A stretch of DNA of 63,465 bases, the filler included, from Cercozoa sp. M6MM (taxonomy: Eukaryota > Protista > Endomyxa: Ascetosporea): NCBI GenBank assembly GCA_040357565.1. It is 15 parts of 15 records of this genome, joined end to end, with 100 filler letters (N's around TTAATTAATTAA, not from the genome) between each part and the next. Parts side by side here need not be neighbours in the genome. Positions count along the whole stretch, not along the records: positions 23,844 to 24,963 come from JBDODJ010002160.1; positions 25,064 to 33,011 come from JBDODJ010000582.1; positions 33,112 to 34,264 come from JBDODJ010002147.1; positions 34,365 to 42,471 come from JBDODJ010000568.1; 11 more parts are not named here. One strand, given 5' to 3'. The position numbers and the translations under genes are program-made. The stretch's first letter is position 1, and the number at the start of each line of letters is the position of its first letter. Positions 24,953-38,256 of the stretch are shown here, piece after piece. Under the pieces are notes generated by a model. The model was not told the DNA's origin and did not search any database. It saw nothing but the letters and a program-made list of their open reading frames with translations.

Positions 24953-25063
24953 CGTAGTGAGCCNNNNNNNNNNNNNNNNNNNNNNNNNNNNNNNNNNNNN
25001 NNNNNNNTTAATTAATTAANNNNNNNNNNNNNNNNNNNNNNNNNNNNNNNNNNNNNNNNNNNN

Positions 25064-26074
25064 TGCCGTGCACGACCCAAACCTCGCGTACCTTTGCTCA
25101 TGCCGTGTTTGATTTGTTACGTCACGCTGCCCGCTGTGACTTACTGATACACTGTTTGACACCTCGACATAGGGCTTACCGAGTGGGTGAGCCAGCCTCG
25201 CCAGGGATTAAATTGATGTCTGAAACAGGCGCTCCGGTATGTCTCCTGTCAATGAGGTTAGGTTGCTTTCCATGACCATGTACCGTTAAGTACGGTACGG
25301 TGGCAGGGCACACTCGTCGACGAACTCAAGGCAATAAATGCCACGGTGGCAGCTCACAAGTAAGATGTCGACAAGCCCGAGGATACTGTACTTAGTGAGC
25401 AATTGTGTGTTTGTTGAACAGCGCACCCCTCCGCACGGACTCAAACCCTGCTGGGGTAGACTTTACCGTCTGTCTTCGCGAACGTACCACCGACAATACG
25501 TGCAATTGACATCACAAATTTACTTCCGCTTCTATACTAACCCCCTGACCAACCGGCAGAGGACGCTCTCTCGGTCTTCTCAATGATTGCCCCTTCGCCT
25601 GACTGTAAGGAGGACTTCGTCGCGATTGGGGACTTGTAAACTTATATCCTCGTGCTCCACGCATCGAGCAGGGTTCTTGTCGATTACAATCGATGGAGCC
25701 GACCTGACGGATAGCTCTGGCAACTGGATGGACAAGCGCACCTTTGACATGTCGGACCCGCTGTACCAGTATGATGCTGGTACGCTTTCTTTCTCGACAG
25801 TATACTCGTGATGCGCTTGCCGCTGTGTGTTGTGTCCTCTCACCCGCGGCATCATTTTCCCCGCTCGCAGGCACGGATGCAGGTCTGAACTTCAAAAGTA
25901 CAGATTCGCCGATCCCCGTGAATAGCACCGATCGCGTGGTACGCTGAGGCTGTTGACTCCCCCGAGCCACCCTGAACATATCGATAATATAGGTCAAGAT
26001 GCTGCAACGAGCCGGCAACGACATCACCTCGTTAAACCCTCCTGTATTCTTCAGTCTCACTTGCTTATGTTGTT

Positions 26075-26123
<49 letters not shown>

Positions 26124-26350
26124 GACAGGTCGGCGAATGGCGTCCTCGTCGAACGGATAAAACCCGAGATGCACCGTACGTCGCAAAGACGTCGTCTGCG
26201 AGCACTTTGCGCGGAGTAAGCACAATTTGTTGTATTGCATTATTGATAGGTGTTTTTTGGGCACAACTCGCTGCACATGCCTCAACGTTGTACATGCAGT
26301 CCGCACTGCTGACAATGTCGCTTTTGCTTCTCACTCGCTTCCTTTCGTAA
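25064..26350 (+). CDS. Spondin_N-domain protein with hydrophobic C-terminus (5' partial)
   Basis: SMIAPSPD and LYQYDAG/TDAGLNFKS match the Spondin_N signature motifs. The hydrophobic tail ALLTMSLLLLTRFLS* suggests a GPI or TM anchor. Confidence 0.8.
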
Positions 26351-26816
26351 CCACTGAAAGACCACACATTCCAGCCCGAAAACTCAGGAAGTTGAGTTAC
26401 GGTACGGTGCTCGGCGCGCAATCCCTTGTTGCTGCCTTCCCAGCACTGAGAGCCTTTTTATGCCCACCTTCTCCTTCCTTCCTTCTTCTGACCACTGCCA
26501 GGCATCTCTTCCTTCCAGATCAGTCTATCCTGTACCTTGCCGACCCTATCTTGGGGTAACTACATCAGAACTAACTGACTACGTCCACCTCCTTTAATAC
26601 TTACTTCATGTAGATTCTATTTGTTTCTTTACTCTTTTCCTGGCATCGTACTCTTTTTACCCTTGCCCTGTCAAAGCCTGAATTACTCGAGGCTGTGTGC
26701 GGTAACAGGGTACTCGGGTACTCGCTGAAACCGAGATGAACGTGCACACTACAGCGTGACGTGTCTATTGTTACGCTCTACGTGATGGATCATGATGGAT
26801 TGCATCGGTGGATTAA

Positions 26817-27887
26817 TCAATCGACGTCGTCGTCGGGCAACTCGTAGTGCACGTCGAGCACGTCGAGCTGCAGGATATCGGCACGTGTGCCGAGCAAGTC
26901 GCCCAGTGACGGTGATGTGCGACCTGCGCACATACCACGTGTAAGTCACATGGTTCTACCAGTCTGGAACTGATGTATAAAGTACCTCGATCGCCATGCA
27001 CTAGCTCCTTGATGTAGGTACCTACAGCGACATAGTTTACGCCCTTCCCCCGCCCAGCCTTATCCCAAGGAAGAAAGTACCAGCCTGTGCGACGACGTCG
27101 ACGACGAGGTAGCACGGCGACAGCGACTGAAACGAGAGCGAGAAGACCTTCTTGTTGCGCACCATCGGGGCACTGCAAGGCATGGATCTTTTAGCCTCCG
27201 CCCAACCCCATACACCTCCTTAATTCACATCCTTTACCCCCTAAAGAAGAGAGGAGATACCGACGGTGCAGCACGCGGAGAGGCGTTCGTTGTGCCACGC
27301 TGAGCGGCGTTTCCGGAGTCACACGTGCCGCCGCCGTCGCTAGCGTTTCTTGCGACACCGCCGAATTGAGTCGCTGCATTACTCCCCATTTACCCCCTTT
27401 CATTATACCCCCCAGCAGAGAGAGGCTACAACGAGACAGCGGTAGGACTTGCGTTTGCGCTGCTCGCCTTGCTTCAGCGCGTCGAAGGCGTCGCTGCTGC
27501 CGAGACGAACCGCGCGGACCGACACCGGCGACGCACCTTTAAGAAACACGGGGGGGGGGGTAAAGAGTCAAAGGAATAAAACGGTCGGGCAAAAGGAGCA
27601 AAGCTCCGACTACCCTTGTTGTGCCGCTCAGCCAGCGACTGCAGCAGCGCGTGCGTTTGATCATAGGCCTCCCGATCGTCCGCGCGGAAGGCCAGGTCAC
27701 GACGCGCGTTTCGCACTTCGCACACAAAGGGCCGCCCGCCGCCCGATGCGCCCTGCGCGTTAAACCAGACCGTGTGGGGGGGGGGGGNNNNNNNNNNNNN
27801 NNNNNNNNNNNNNNNNNNNNNNNNNNNNNNNNNNNNNNNNNNNNNNNNNNNNNNNNNNNNNNNNNNNNNNNNNNNNNNNNNNNNNNN

Positions 27888-27935
<48 letters not shown>

Positions 27936-30720
27936 AACACACCAGCATGCGAACGTCGGCGTCCTCGCGACCGGCAGCGTGAAACTTGACGTACTCATAC
28001 TCGTCATCGAACTGCTCACAGTAGCCACTTTGTGCACATGGACTGGACATACATACGGTACATATGTACAGTACGAATATACCTGGTACACGTAGTCGTC
28101 CGAGAAAGTACCCGGGGCACTCGCTTTTGTCAACGTGCCTCTGCGCAAACACCCGGGGGGGGGGGGGGTAAAGGTGTGTGCGTGTGCGCGTGTGTATGTG
28201 GGGGGGGGGGGGGGGGGTAAAAGTGTAGGAGTACTCGTTGACGAGTCGCTGGCGCGTGCGGCGCTGTTTCCGGCGCTGCAACACGTTGGCCCTGCACAGG
28301 TGGAGTTATACGCCCCACCTAACATCAACATCCCTTCTTGCCCCTGGATACCGCTGGGCCTCGGTGATCTGAGGCGGCTCAAACAGGGGCGCCAGCGCAC
28401 TGCAGACCTCCTCCTGCACCGATGTGGGCGTCTTGCGAGCACCACCCACCGTCAGCGTCCAAGGCGTCTGTGACACGGCCTACGTGCATGGGAGGGGGTA
28501 AACAGAGGGGGAAACGGGGGAGGGGTGTGAATGAGAAGGCCTACACGTGACATCTTGGTGTAGTTGCCCATGATGTAGACAGGCGCACGCGTCACTTGCA
28601 CCGCCGCCTGGCCAGACACCTCGGGCGCCTTGGGCGGAACACCTGCGCACTCGCATCGAATGCAACACAAGCAATATCACAGACGTTCGCAACGATGCGA
28701 CACGCACCGATCTGCTGCTTGGCGAGCGCGCAAAACGACTCAAACGGCAGCAGTTGCAACTGCACGAACAACAAACACTCAGCAGAAAAACCACAGCACA
28801 CCCAGACAACTCGAAACCTACCTGCTTGCTAATCGAACCGGACGATGTGGCATGCTTTCTCTTACTATATCAACACACGCGTGAACACAGTCAGCTGCCC
28901 AAACAATCACACACCTCACGAATTGCAAAATCAAAAAACAAAAATTTTGAGTGGGGGTTGGCACTGCCATGGTTGCTCTCAAGCGTCAGTGTCACATAGT
29001 GACTCGGCTGGATACATGAAATATGACAGCGGCAAGGAGCAGTTTCGCGCAGTCTCAACGTCGGGCGAACCCGACGGAAACACAGCAAAGTTCGCTCGAC
29101 CCGCGTGCGGTTGTACGACCTTGGCCCTCGCAACATACGCCACCAGAAGCAGTGCGCAGGATTAGCCCCATGTGGGGTGGACACGCACGTGCCGTCGCAC
29201 CTTAGGATGCCGGCCGACACGTGCTCGGTCGATTACAGTGTGAACCAGAAGCGAGCCCAGAAATTTCACGAAATCAAATCAAGTTGCAAAATCGAGTCAT
29301 GGGCCAAAATATTGTTCATCACAAAAACAATCAAAAGTAGCGTTCGACACCAGAAAATAAGTCAAAATCCAGTTTAGGGACGAAAAAAGTGGCCCACAGT
29401 CGAGCGCACCAACAAAAACAAAAACACAAATAAAACGAGACAATGAAAATAAAAAGGTGGTATACGCTCTTCTAGGTGCCATGTTCTGCATCGATTTCGC
29501 CATGAACTGACACTCATTTGACGAATCTGTGCACAGACAAACAGTTCAAGCAAGCAAGGCACTGGAAGCAAGAGATACATGCCTCAGGCAAGCAAGGCAT
29601 ACCCCCATGCGCGAGTTGGACCTGCACGGTGATGGCACCGTTTCGCGCATCAATCACCTTTGCAAAGACACAGTAAAGTGAGTAAACGATCCACATCAGA
29701 CAGGGCAAGCAACATCAAAAGGTACCGTCGGAGAGTCGGACTCAAAAGGTTTCTCTAGCGAGACGGACAAGCGATGTGAGAGACGCCACTTGAGCACCTC
29801 CTGGAGGCACACCAAAAACAGTGCGAACAAGAAGACTTGTCACAAAGTGAGTACCTTGACACTCACGATTTGATCATCGACCTGCAAAACCAATACTCTC
29901 ACATTATGAACAGTATAGATCAGCCAGGAAAAAACCTTGTTCAGCGAGAAGAGAGGAACGTTCGGATAGGTTAAACGCAGATGTGCCTGTATTGCTTTGG
30001 TTCACAATAGCCCGGATAGAGTGTAAAAATGTACCCACAACGCTTGACGTCGAACCAGAATCGAAGGCGGTAGCGACACTAAAGATACACATAGATACAC
30101 ATCCTAAGTGCAAGTATCTTATTCGAAAAATAAATGCTTACACGCCAGTGTGAAACAGCGGAACTCGAAACGCGATTCACGGACGTAGTCGGTTACCTGC
30201 AGTGACAGTTCGTCTTGACCCTTTTCTGCTAGTGTAGGTAAAACACACAATACTGACTGCTCAACTCGGTCTCTAGCACAAGACACACCATCAGCACTGT
30301 CCTCAAGAAAGCCCAGACACGCAGGGCAAGGTTTCGTCGACGTTGACGATGGCAGTGTCAACTCCCATTCCGCGAGACGGCTCTGCACACCTGCAACAGA
30401 CACATAAAGCTGAGAAAGACGAAGCACCATCAGAAGGATCGATACACTCTTCGGATGACACGTAGAAGTCAGAGACGCGGTAGTTCACGAATCTCAGGGC
30501 GCATCTATCAACATCAAAGAGGTCAAATGCGGCGCACATAGAGCACAAAGTACACTACCTGGCACACGCGCCTGCATCGAGCAACGTCTGCAAAGAGGAT
30601 AATCAGGTGTGTCTGCCAATTGGTGGGGCGTCATAATTATTGGAAAAATGATTGCGTGCAGCCTACCTGAGCTGCTTTGTGGCGTTCGCTGCCGCTTTCA
30701 AATGGTGTTTTAAATTCCAT
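26817..30720 (-). CDS. PUS10: tRNA pseudouridine synthase Pus10
   Basis: CxRC..CxxC N-terminus, GNYTKMSRAVSQTPW, FHAAGREDADVRMLG..GRPF, QRTPLRVLHRR and AGTYIKELVHGDRGRTSPSL..ADILQLDV. Confidence 0.95.
28949..29260. ncRNA. Candidate structured ncRNA (~310 nt) within the 601-nt PUS10 intron; unclassified
   Basis: GC-rich unique island with AT-rich flanks. Terminal pairing of 28956-28966 with 29236-29246, a perfect 7-bp hairpin at 29059-29076 (UUCG loop on the minus strand), and a T-tract/AATTTTTG just downstream on the minus strand. Confidence 0.45.
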
Positions 30721-30982
30721 GCGCACCTCAAGACAAACAAAACACGACAGACAAGGCAGGTGTTCTGTTAGTCGGCTCCGGCTCGAATAGTTTGGGCTCA
30801 CACAAAAACCCGACGTCTCCAGCGCAGTGAGTGTACTAGGATCGCCAGACGCAATCTATTGTTTAATAGATACGCGCTCCAGGGCTCGTGGATTGGGGCT
30901 TTAGCACAACGATTTGGTGAACCTCCGTCGTTGAGCCGGGCTGGAAGCTCCGGGCGCGAAGCACACAGGGTGGGGTACTGTG

Positions 30983-32995
30983 ATGTCAGGCGATTCGCGG
31001 GATACGTGGCGCCGTGATCCGCGATCATCTGACAGGTGCATTCCGATGATACCTTTCGTTTCAGTGATTTGTATCCATGAACTGGGCTGCGCTGGGTGAC
31101 AGGAGGCTGTATCACCGACGCGAACGCAGCAGGAGCCGTGATCGCGGCGACCGTTCCCGAAGGAATCATCACTCGCGAGGTACAGTATTCTTTTGGGTAT
31201 TGTCCCGTCGGAAGCTGATTTGTATTTTACCTGTCCAGGTGACTCAATGCTCACGCAAAAGAGTCCGACGAAACGCATCGTTCGCGTTGTTCGCAAGCGC
31301 ATTCGACCAAAGACTCCAAGCCAAAGAGCTGCAGCGCCCTCACTCAACCCAGGTGCATTCTTTCCAAGTGGTACATACCACTGTGCGTTGGATGATGGAT
31401 GGGTGGGTTCGGTGCAGTGAAACTAGTGGTTTCGACTCTGGAGGACACGAAGACAGCGGAAACGGCACGCGAGCATAGCGGCAAGCCTATAAATACCGCC
31501 AAAGCAAAGTCGCTGGAAAAACCGTCGCACGCTGCGAGTGAAAAAGCCGCGATTTCGCAGGGGATACCGGCGAACGCAGCGACTGTGCCGGCGAGAACAG
31601 TGAGTGTTCCACTTCGGCCAGTCGGCCAACTCAGCGCACTCATGATTGGCGCTGACTCCTCATCTTCCGGTATCTGTGATTTTTTATGCAGTGTTTTTCA
31701 TTGCATTTTTTTGTCTGCAGATCTCAGCTCGGACGAAGATATGCCCGACCGGCCAAAGAGTCGCTTCGGCAGCTTTGCGAAACCGTCTGGATCGCAAAGT
31801 AGCGAAACCAAGAGTAGCGAAACTAAAACTGAAACTGCGCGAAAGCCAGAAGCGAAAGACGCAATTGAAGACGAAAGCAGCAACAGCGATAGCAGCAGCA
31901 GCAGCGATGACGAGCCATTGCTCCAGAAGCCACAATCAACGGCTAAACTGCCATCAAAAGCGCTGCAATCGAGCAAAAGCGGCGAAGCACTCGCGAAACA
32001 TCGCGTTCCTACACCAAGCGTGTTAAAACAAGTCGTTCCAAAGCAAGTCTTTTCACGGCAAGTCCCTTCGCAGCAAGTCCCTTCGCAGCAAGTCCCTCCG
32101 CAGCAAGTGCCTTCTGACCAAGTCGCTCCAAAGCAAGAGGTTTCACTGTCGACCGCTTCAGGACAAGTTGTCTCCCAGCCAAGCCCGGCGAGGCACGACC
32201 CGTCGAAGCAAAGCACGTCAGAGACGAGCACTGCGGAAGCAAACGGTGATTCAGCGAATGAGTCGAGCGAGAATTCTCCAGTTCCGAGTCGCGACACTGA
32301 GGACTCGCGCGGAGTGCGGCCGAGCGGGAGCACTCACTTCTCGGCCGAGCAGCTGACGGCGATGCAGGCCACGCTGAACAAGAGCGACTCGCCGACGTCT
32401 GCACAAGTGGCCTCGCTGGCGCACGAGCTGTCGCTGCCGCTGTCGTCGCTATCGCGCTGGTTCAATCGGCAGAAGCGACTGCGCAAGCAGCGTGTGATCG
32501 AGGAGACGAGACGTGCAGCCATGGCTGCCGGCATCGCCGTCGACATGCCGCCTCGGCTGCGTCGTCGACGCCGCGACGCCTACACCACGCCGTCAAGTTC
32601 CTCCGACAGCAGCGACGGCGAGTTCCTGTTGCGCAAGTACTTTACCCTTCCCTATCTTCCGACTCTTTTCACCCACTCCCCGTGTCTTTAGATCGGAACC
32701 ACCGGCGAAACGACGGCGCATTGTGAGTCCGGCCGAAAGCAGCGAAAGCAGCGACAGCGACGAGGAATTGCTGGTGAGGCGTCGAGTGGTATTTTCGCCT
32801 TGTACTTGCCGGTTACCCTCTCATATGCCCGTTTAAGCAGGAGGAACGCACGTGGACACGTCAAGAGGACGAGGCACTCAAGAAGGCCTTTCGCGCCTAC
32901 CACAACGCCGTGCCGCACTTGTGGAAGCACGCGCTGTCGTCGAAGGGATTATTGTCGCACCTGCAGCGCACCAACACGCAGTGTGCTCGTCGCTG
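30983..32995 (+). CDS. Homeodomain protein with long low-complexity regions (3' partial)
   Basis: THFSAEQLTAMQ..PTSAQVASLAHELSL..LSRWFNRQKRLRK is a homeodomain. RS-rich N-terminus and QQVPS repeats. Confidence 0.8.
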
Positions 32996-33363
32996 GTAGC
33001 CCCCCCCCCCCNNNNNNNNNNNNNNNNNNNNNNNNNNNNNNNNNNNNNNNNNNNNTTAATTAATTAANNNNNNNNNNNNNNNNNNNNNNNNNNNNNNNNN
33101 NNNNNNNNNNNTACAGCTAAATGCAGTGAAGTTGGCCGATCAAAAATAGTCCTATGTACAGGGCAGTAGACGAGATTCTGTCTGTACAAATTGATTAAAG
33201 CAATTTTTGCACAAGCCTGACCTGAAGCGATTGGGGGTTCAGGTGCTCTAGATCTCAGAATTTCCAGGAGCCGGGCATTGAGTCGGAATTGAGTCGATGC
33301 AGAGCACAACAACTGGCCAAGGTCTTAGTCCTAACGTGAAGCTGTCTATAGGTGTGTAACTAC

Positions 33364-34221
33364 ATGGGCAAGGGACCTGGACGGCCTAGCAATCGCGATC
33401 GTGGCAGGTGTGAAACCCTCAAGAAGGCCAGGGCCGTGAAGGCGGCTCTCGCCGAATACAGGGCTGCTTTAGCCGATTCTATGCCCGCGGAGCCGCCCAA
33501 ACCAAAGAAGAAAGTGGTTACCTCTGCTAGAAAGCGAACCAGGTCGGCACGCGCCCTTAGTGCGGACCGTTGCGCCGTTGAAATGGCGGACCTGGACGAG
33601 CCGCCACCTGCACGGCAAGGGCGCACGCAGCGCTCCATCTCTCGCGCGGTACTACGCTCCATTTCGTGCTGTTTGTTTGTCTGTAAGTACTGCACACTTG
33701 CACTGAAGGCACTGGAGTGTGCCAAGCACCTGTGGCGCACATTGCTGCCGACTCTAGCGATCGAACAGGCGCGCATGTTGTACTTGCCTCGTCTTCACTC
33801 TTTCGCTCTCCGCGCAGCGACGCTGCGGTTCTTCAATCCAATGACGGGCGTGACGTACGGCTTGGACACGATCGCTCAACAACTCAAGGTGTTGTTCCCG
33901 ACAAGGTGCCGTCGGCATGACTTCGCAACGGTCAGCACGCTACGAAGAAGCTTGTCTGCAAACTTCCCAAGCATCTTCAAGAAGGAGACATGACTTGACG
34001 ATCTTGCGAAGTCTTTAAACTTCACAGTGCTGTGGCTTCCGAAGTTTCACTGCGACCTCAATGGCATTGAGTTCTTCTGGGCTTATGTGAAGAGCAAGCT
34101 CAGGTCTTCGGAGGTGAAGGGCAATTCCGGACTCGCTGCCTTCCGAAGACGATGTGCCAAAGTCGTGAAGAGCGTTGGTACTTTCTCCGCGTCTCATCAC
34201 TCTCTATCCACGCTTCTTTGA
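33364..34221 (+). mobile_element. Decayed IS630/Tc1-mariner-type DDE transposase
   Basis: LWLPKFHCDLNGIEFFWAYVKSKLR is the motif around the catalytic E. In-frame TGA at 33991-33993; the two catalytic D segments are not recognisable. Confidence 0.75.
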
Positions 34222-34399
34222 TAGCATACGATTTGCTGGATGCTACGGCACGTGGTTGAGGTGGNNNNNNNNNNNNNNNNNNNNNNNNNNNNNNNNNNNN
34301 NNNNNNNNTTAATTAATTAANNNNNNNNNNNNNNNNNNNNNNNNNNNNNNNNNNNNNNNNNNNNCCCCCCCCCCCCCCCCCCCCCCCCCCCAAAAGCGC

Positions 34400-37300
34400 A
34401 GTACACTGCTGCATGCGGAAGCGGCGCAGAATGTGGCCACTGCGCGGATGCACCTCCTTGATCACGTCGCCCTGTGCACGTGCCAGCCCACAGTGACACG
34501 TGCCAACCCAGAGTGACCACGTGTCAACCCAGAGTGACCACCCAAAGTGACCACCCAGAGTGACCACCAAAGCTACCTGCAGTCGCACGCTACGTTGATC
34601 GGTCGCCGCGAGTTTCTGTTTCTGCTCGTCGCGCTCGAACGCGTCCGTCGGGCACAGGTACACCTAGGGGGGGGGGGGGGGGGGGTAAAGGGGTGGGACG
34701 GGGAGGGGGTAAAACTACCGCCACCTGCAGTCGCCGACTCGCCGAGGCCTGGCCGCGCTCGTTCTGCAGAAACGTCGCCGCCGCCAGCGCCGCTCTCTCG
34801 GCGCGCGAGAACGGCACCGTGTGCCGCAACTCTTCCCTCTGTCCAGGGTCAACAGGGGGGTAAACAGGCGGGTCAACAGGGGGTTAACAGGCGGGTAAAT
34901 AGGCCGGTAAATAGGCCGGTAAACAGGGGTAAACAGGCCGGTAAACCGGCGGGTAAAGAGGTAAACAGCAGGGTAAAGAAGAGGTCAACAAGAGGAGGGG
35001 TAAGGGGGAGTAAAGGAGGGGGGGTAAAGGGGGGTAAGTACCGACAGCACACGCAGCGGACGCAGCAGCGCGCGCGACCGAGCGACCGGCCACAAGGCGG
35101 CCGTCGAGTACTCCAGACCGTACTCCACGTGCTCAGTGTCATGATCGCCAGTGACACCGTCCGTGTAGCCAGTCTGACCCTCCGTGTAGCCACCTGTCTG
35201 ACCGTCTCCTGTCTGACCGTCCGTGTGGCCACCTGTCTGACCGTCCTTGTCGTCGTCCGACTCGAGCGTCCTCTGCGCCGACACCGGCGTCGGCTCCGGC
35301 ACCACGAAGGAGTCTGGGGGGGGGGGTAAAGGGGGGGGGGTTAGGGGGCAAAGGGGGGGGTAAAGGGGAAAGGGAAAGGGGGGGGGTAAAGGTGGTGCCG
35401 GCCCGCCCGCTGAGATGCGGTGAAGGGGAGGGGTAAGGGGAGGGGTAGGGGGGGTAAAGGGGAGGGGTAAGGGGGGTAAAGCACCAGTCCGATCGCGCAC
35501 GCGACGCACGGCGTGTCTCGAAATCACCGGCTCAGCACGGTCCGAATGGTCCGAGTAGTCCGAATCTGACTCCGACTCAGACGCGTCCGGCAGCGCCGGT
35601 TTCCGCAGGCGGCGTCGCTCCTGCTGCGCCACGTCGCCCGCCGACTTTATCACCACCGTGCGCGGCTTGCGTCTGGGGGGGGGGGGGGGAGGGGGGGGGG
35701 AAGAGAGGGGGGGGGGGGTGGGAGGGGGGAAGTGCGTGGAACGGGGCGAGGAAGGGGGAAGGGGGGTGGTAAGGGGGGGGGGGTAAAGCTACCGTGCAGA
35801 CTGTCTCCGCACCGGTCGGCGCGCGCCATCGACGGCCGTGTTGACCGATCGGACCGGCGTTTCTCCACTGCACACACGCACGTGACTGTGACCACCCTCT
35901 CAGTGACCCAAAGTACCCAGTCGACGGTCTCGGCGACGCGTCGTCGTCGCCAAAGAGAAACGACATCGCTCGCACCGCCCAGGACTATCAAAACACGCCC
36001 CTTTAATCATTTCGATCTCCCCTTTAATCACAGCGCTCCCTTAAGAAACACCCTCTTAACAAAAACCACACTCAGATACCGACTCGTCCGGCGGCGGCGT
36101 CATGTCGACGCTCTCGATCTTCTTGCCGTCCAGTATGAACTCCTGGGGGGAGGGGGGTATAAAGAGGGGTAAGGGGGGGGGGGGTAAAGGGGGGTAAGGG
36201 AAGGAAGCACCTCAGCACGGTCGGCAAAGTCCGGCGCGAACTGCAGCAGCAGCTTGAGCGTGCGACGACGAAAGTTCGGCACCGATGCCAGCGGATTGCC
36301 ATCCAGCCACAGTGCTGCCCATGTCCATGGGTTGACAGGGATCAACGGGGGGAAGGTAAAGGAAGAGGGTAAACTACATTGCAGACACGGCAGACGCGCC
36401 AGCAGACGAATCTCGTCGAAGGACGCCAAACGATTGGCACCTAGGTCCAGTGCCTGCAAGGCAGGGCCGAGCGAGGAGATCAAAGCAGGCAACGAGGAGG
36501 TCGAAAGAGGTAAAGGCACCTGGAGCGAGTACATCTGGTCCAGTCCGTCGACACTTGAGATACTGTTGCCTCGCAGCACGAGAGTCGACAGCATGCCAAA
36601 GTGCATGCGCAGCTTTCGCATGTCCTGCAATCGGTTGCGCGAGAAATTCGCGTACCGCAGTTTCTCCAGTTTCTCGGTTTCACTGATGCGCGTCATTTGA
36701 TTGTCACTGCAGTCCAAGAACTCCAGTTGCGGCAGCAGGCTCAGCGAGTCATCTGCCCAGCCAAAACACAAAACCGATCGAAACTGCAAAAACGAAAAAA
36801 CACAAAGTCCAACTCGTGCCCTACCCAGCTCGGTGATGTTGCAGCCGCGTAGTGCCAGCACACGCAGTGCCTCCTGTGCAACACACGGAGCAATCAATGG
36901 GAAAAACTCAGTGAACTGATAAAACAAAAGCTGATCACAGAAAACGCGTTTGAACGAAACCAATAATAGAGCGTGTTTAAACTGGCAAAAACTAACCCAA
37001 GGTGAGTCATCCGGCTTGCCACGTCCGTAGTCCTTCCTGTCAAAACGAGCAAAATAAAAGCGAGCCGGAAACGACTGACTGGAAAAGCAGTTACGCCAGC
37101 AACATGCGCGGTGACGAGACCAAAGGAGTCGAAACTACTCACAGACCCATTTGATACGGCAAAACTAATGCTTGGCCGAAACCAAAAGCTGCACCTGTGA
37201 GTTTTTGAACGCGTTTCTTGAGCGTGCCGATGTTTCGAATGCCTCGCACGCCAATGTTCATGAACTGCACCACGCGTGCGTTTGGAAACATGGCAAAGTC

Positions 37301-37874
37301 TAGCAACGGTGACGACTTCTTCTCTCTAAAGCCGATCAGACAACCAACAGTGCTTGTCTCGAAGTTCCTTTTTACAGCCGATTCTGTACCTGGCACCGGT
37401 CACACGGAGCCATGACACCTACGCACGAGACTGTGACTCAACTGACTCACAAAACAAAACAGAAAGTACAGCAGCCAAAAGTGGCAGCAGATGCTCGAAC
37501 TCTTCGCGTTGAATTCCTTGCAGGTCTAGACACAGGTAGCATTGAGCAACTATCGATTTAAAAAGAAAAATGATCCCCAGCACATACCAGTCTTCGACTT
37601 GAGACGCACAAATGCACTTTCGTCGAATTCACGTGCCTTCTCGGGCAGTTTAGAATCCTGCAAACGTGCCGCGCGGAACTGATCGCTGAGAAACGCGGCT
37701 GTTCGACAAAAACGGGAAAACTCGAGTAGCAGCGGGTCTCCAAGTGAATAGTTCAGTTCTACCGGCAGACGCATCGAGATCCAGTGGCTTGGTGCCGTCC
37801 AAGAACGGCTGAGCGTGCTGCATCAGCCTTTGGAGCAGGAACTTCACCAAACCATGGTCGTCGACTCGAGGCAT
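34400..37874 (-). CDS. Leucine-rich-repeat protein, STK11IP/nischarin-like (3' partial)
   Basis: LRRs LEFLDCSDNQM, LRYANFSRNRL, LSTLVLRGNSI and LDLGANRL, LRR cap LWLDGNPL..NFRRRTL, and distal GDVIKEVHPRSGHILRRF. Confidence 0.7.
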
Positions 37875-38256
37875 CACCCAGCACGTCCTGCAACACGTCC
37901 TGTTGTTTGATCAACTTGTGAATAAACCAAACTCGTCTGGACGTTTGAAAACTAAGCGCACCCAGCGTGTGTGTACACTTGTCTCGCGTCGTCTGTACAC
38001 CTCGAAGCGGCGTATGATGTGTGGCAACCGCAGCGATCGATGCTCCCCGAGAGCTGATCTTTGTGGCGAGCCGGTGCTCTCTGGCTACTGCGGTACAAAA
38101 CACACCCGGCTGCCAGCAGCTGACCTACAGCAGTTCAATGCTGAAGGTCAGCAAGCGCAGCTACTACTCTGTAGTATTTTTCTCCGGCTGACTGAAGTTT
38201 CGAGATTGCATTGTGTAGTAAGATTTGGAAGTCGCTGACCCGCAAAGTACTTCACT

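Noticed and set aside
24196-24963. Possible small minus-strand gene(s) downstream of the UBX gene
   Set aside because: Spliceable fragments exist, but I could not fix a consistent model or family.
29200-29260. Alu/SRP-like TGGTTCACACTGTAATC on the minus strand as 7SL RNA
   Set aside because: No recognisable helix 8 GNRA/symmetric-loop motif, so it was left as an unclassified RNA candidate.
33991-33993. UGA reassignment (alternative genetic code)
   Set aside because: RIB43A, PUS10, NBR1-like and UBX all end in TGA. Other apparent in-frame stops resolve as short GT-AG introns.
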